A stretch of 64,000 nucleotides of DNA, taken from contig CP075495.1 in assembly GCA_021613535.1 (NCBI GenBank), positions 16,210,842 to 16,274,841 of the forward strand. Reading direction: 5' to 3'. The position numbers were made by a program, and so were the translations under genes. Below the pieces are notes generated by a model. That model was not told the origin of the DNA. It did not search any database and saw only the letters and a list, made by a program, of their open reading frames with translations. Source of the stretch: Adineta vaga. Lineage: Eukaryota > Animalia > Rotifera. Numbering within the stretch: position 1 is the first letter of the stretch; every line of letters begins with the position of its first letter. This document shows positions 63,044 through 64,000 of the stretch, piece after piece.

Positions 63044-64000
63044 CTATGATATCGTCTGCAAATAGATATCGAATTTCAACGGGTCGATTAGTTTCAGTCG
63101 CATAGTTTGAAGAAGCTTTCGAACTATTTTTCTTCTTTGATCTTCCGATGACCATCCGGTCATTCTTTTCTTGGCATCATTCAAAAAACTGTTTTGGATT
63201 AGAAAATGCGGCTTTCGGACCAGCACGTAAAAGATATTGTGTTGCTGTGGATTTTACTACAGCACCCAGACGATCGCAAGGACCCTTGCCATGGCCTCTG
63301 GTACTGTAGGTCCATGCAGCACGTAGATTAAAATCGAGATGAGGGTGTGCTATGTTGCAGATGTTATAACGATCTGAGGAAAAAATGTATAATTGTTGTA
63401 CGTTGGGGATGCAATTAACTCACTTTTAAAGTGACTAATTGTACCATCAGAAATATAGTTGATCGTAGAAACACAGGGATATTCGGTTTTGCCAAATTGG
63501 ATGATAAGCTTTTGTGCCCCGTACATGAACTTGTTATCATGTGTGAGAGAATCCGATATAATAACCATATTCCGATGTTCATCTCCAACTTTCATGCATA
63601 CTGTAAATAGAGTCGATCGTTGCCGATAGTAAAAGGCAGATTGTACTTCTTGTTGGATTATGAATGCAAAGTTTTGCGCGAAATCCAGTTGAATGACCAT
63701 GTATGTGTTTAAACTCGAATGATCTTAGAGAGAAATAATGTATTAACACTGTTTATGCGTGTAAAAAGGGTGAGTGATGAAAGTTTCCCATATGTCATCC
63801 ATCTCTTTTAAAAGAATGTCGAATGCTCCGTTTGCATGAATAAGTTCATATCTATTGTTTATTTTCTTCCAACTGGACCAATTGATTTTCTCTTGTAAAT
63901 CAATTGTTCGATGACTTGTGAGTACTTTTGACACTTTGAACTTTTTGCAATTCGAACATATTCGATAATAACAATCCTCGAGTTTTTGTTGACAAAGTGT
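63044..64000 (-). pseudogene. Sola2-type DDD transposase fragment, extending beyond the window
   Basis: Motifs QLDFAQNF..QEVQSAF, SDSLTHD, YISDGTISHFK and WTYSTRGHGKGPCDRLGAVVKSTA, interrupted by introns and probable frameshifts. Confidence 0.75.

Overview
This is AT-rich eukaryotic DNA with many short GT-AG introns. The mix of foreign-looking enzymes and diverse transposons resembles a transposon-rich region of a bdelloid rotifer genome; that taxonomy is inference, not proof. The most notable structure is a pair of paralogous multi-exon genes, A (9165-16256) and B (21706-27327). They share the same N-terminal module: cytoplasmic tail, one TM helix, basic cleavage-like site, a conserved ~107-aa domain I do not recognise, and an acidic/Tyr-rich linker. 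In each gene the module can be spliced in frame (phase 1) onto a completely different C-terminal payload. In A it is a fungal-type S8 subtilisin with PA and Fn3-like domains; in B it is a Cys-laddered 41-aa-repeat GIN/DUF2807-like beta-solenoid. An intronless CslA/CslC-like GT2 glycan synthase follows B, and a bacterial-type PLP decarboxylase lies further on. The rest is nested mobile DNA: an apparently intact hAT element, a DUF3987-like helicase gene, a CACTG non-autonomous element, two Penelope-like fragments (one with a canonical minimal hammerhead ribozyme), a KDZ transposase, a jockey-like LINE, a decayed OTU-carrying Helentron and its non-autonomous HINE relatives, hAT MITEs, Sola2-type elements and a 574-bp-arm foldback. 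All gene models were read by hand and need RNA evidence.
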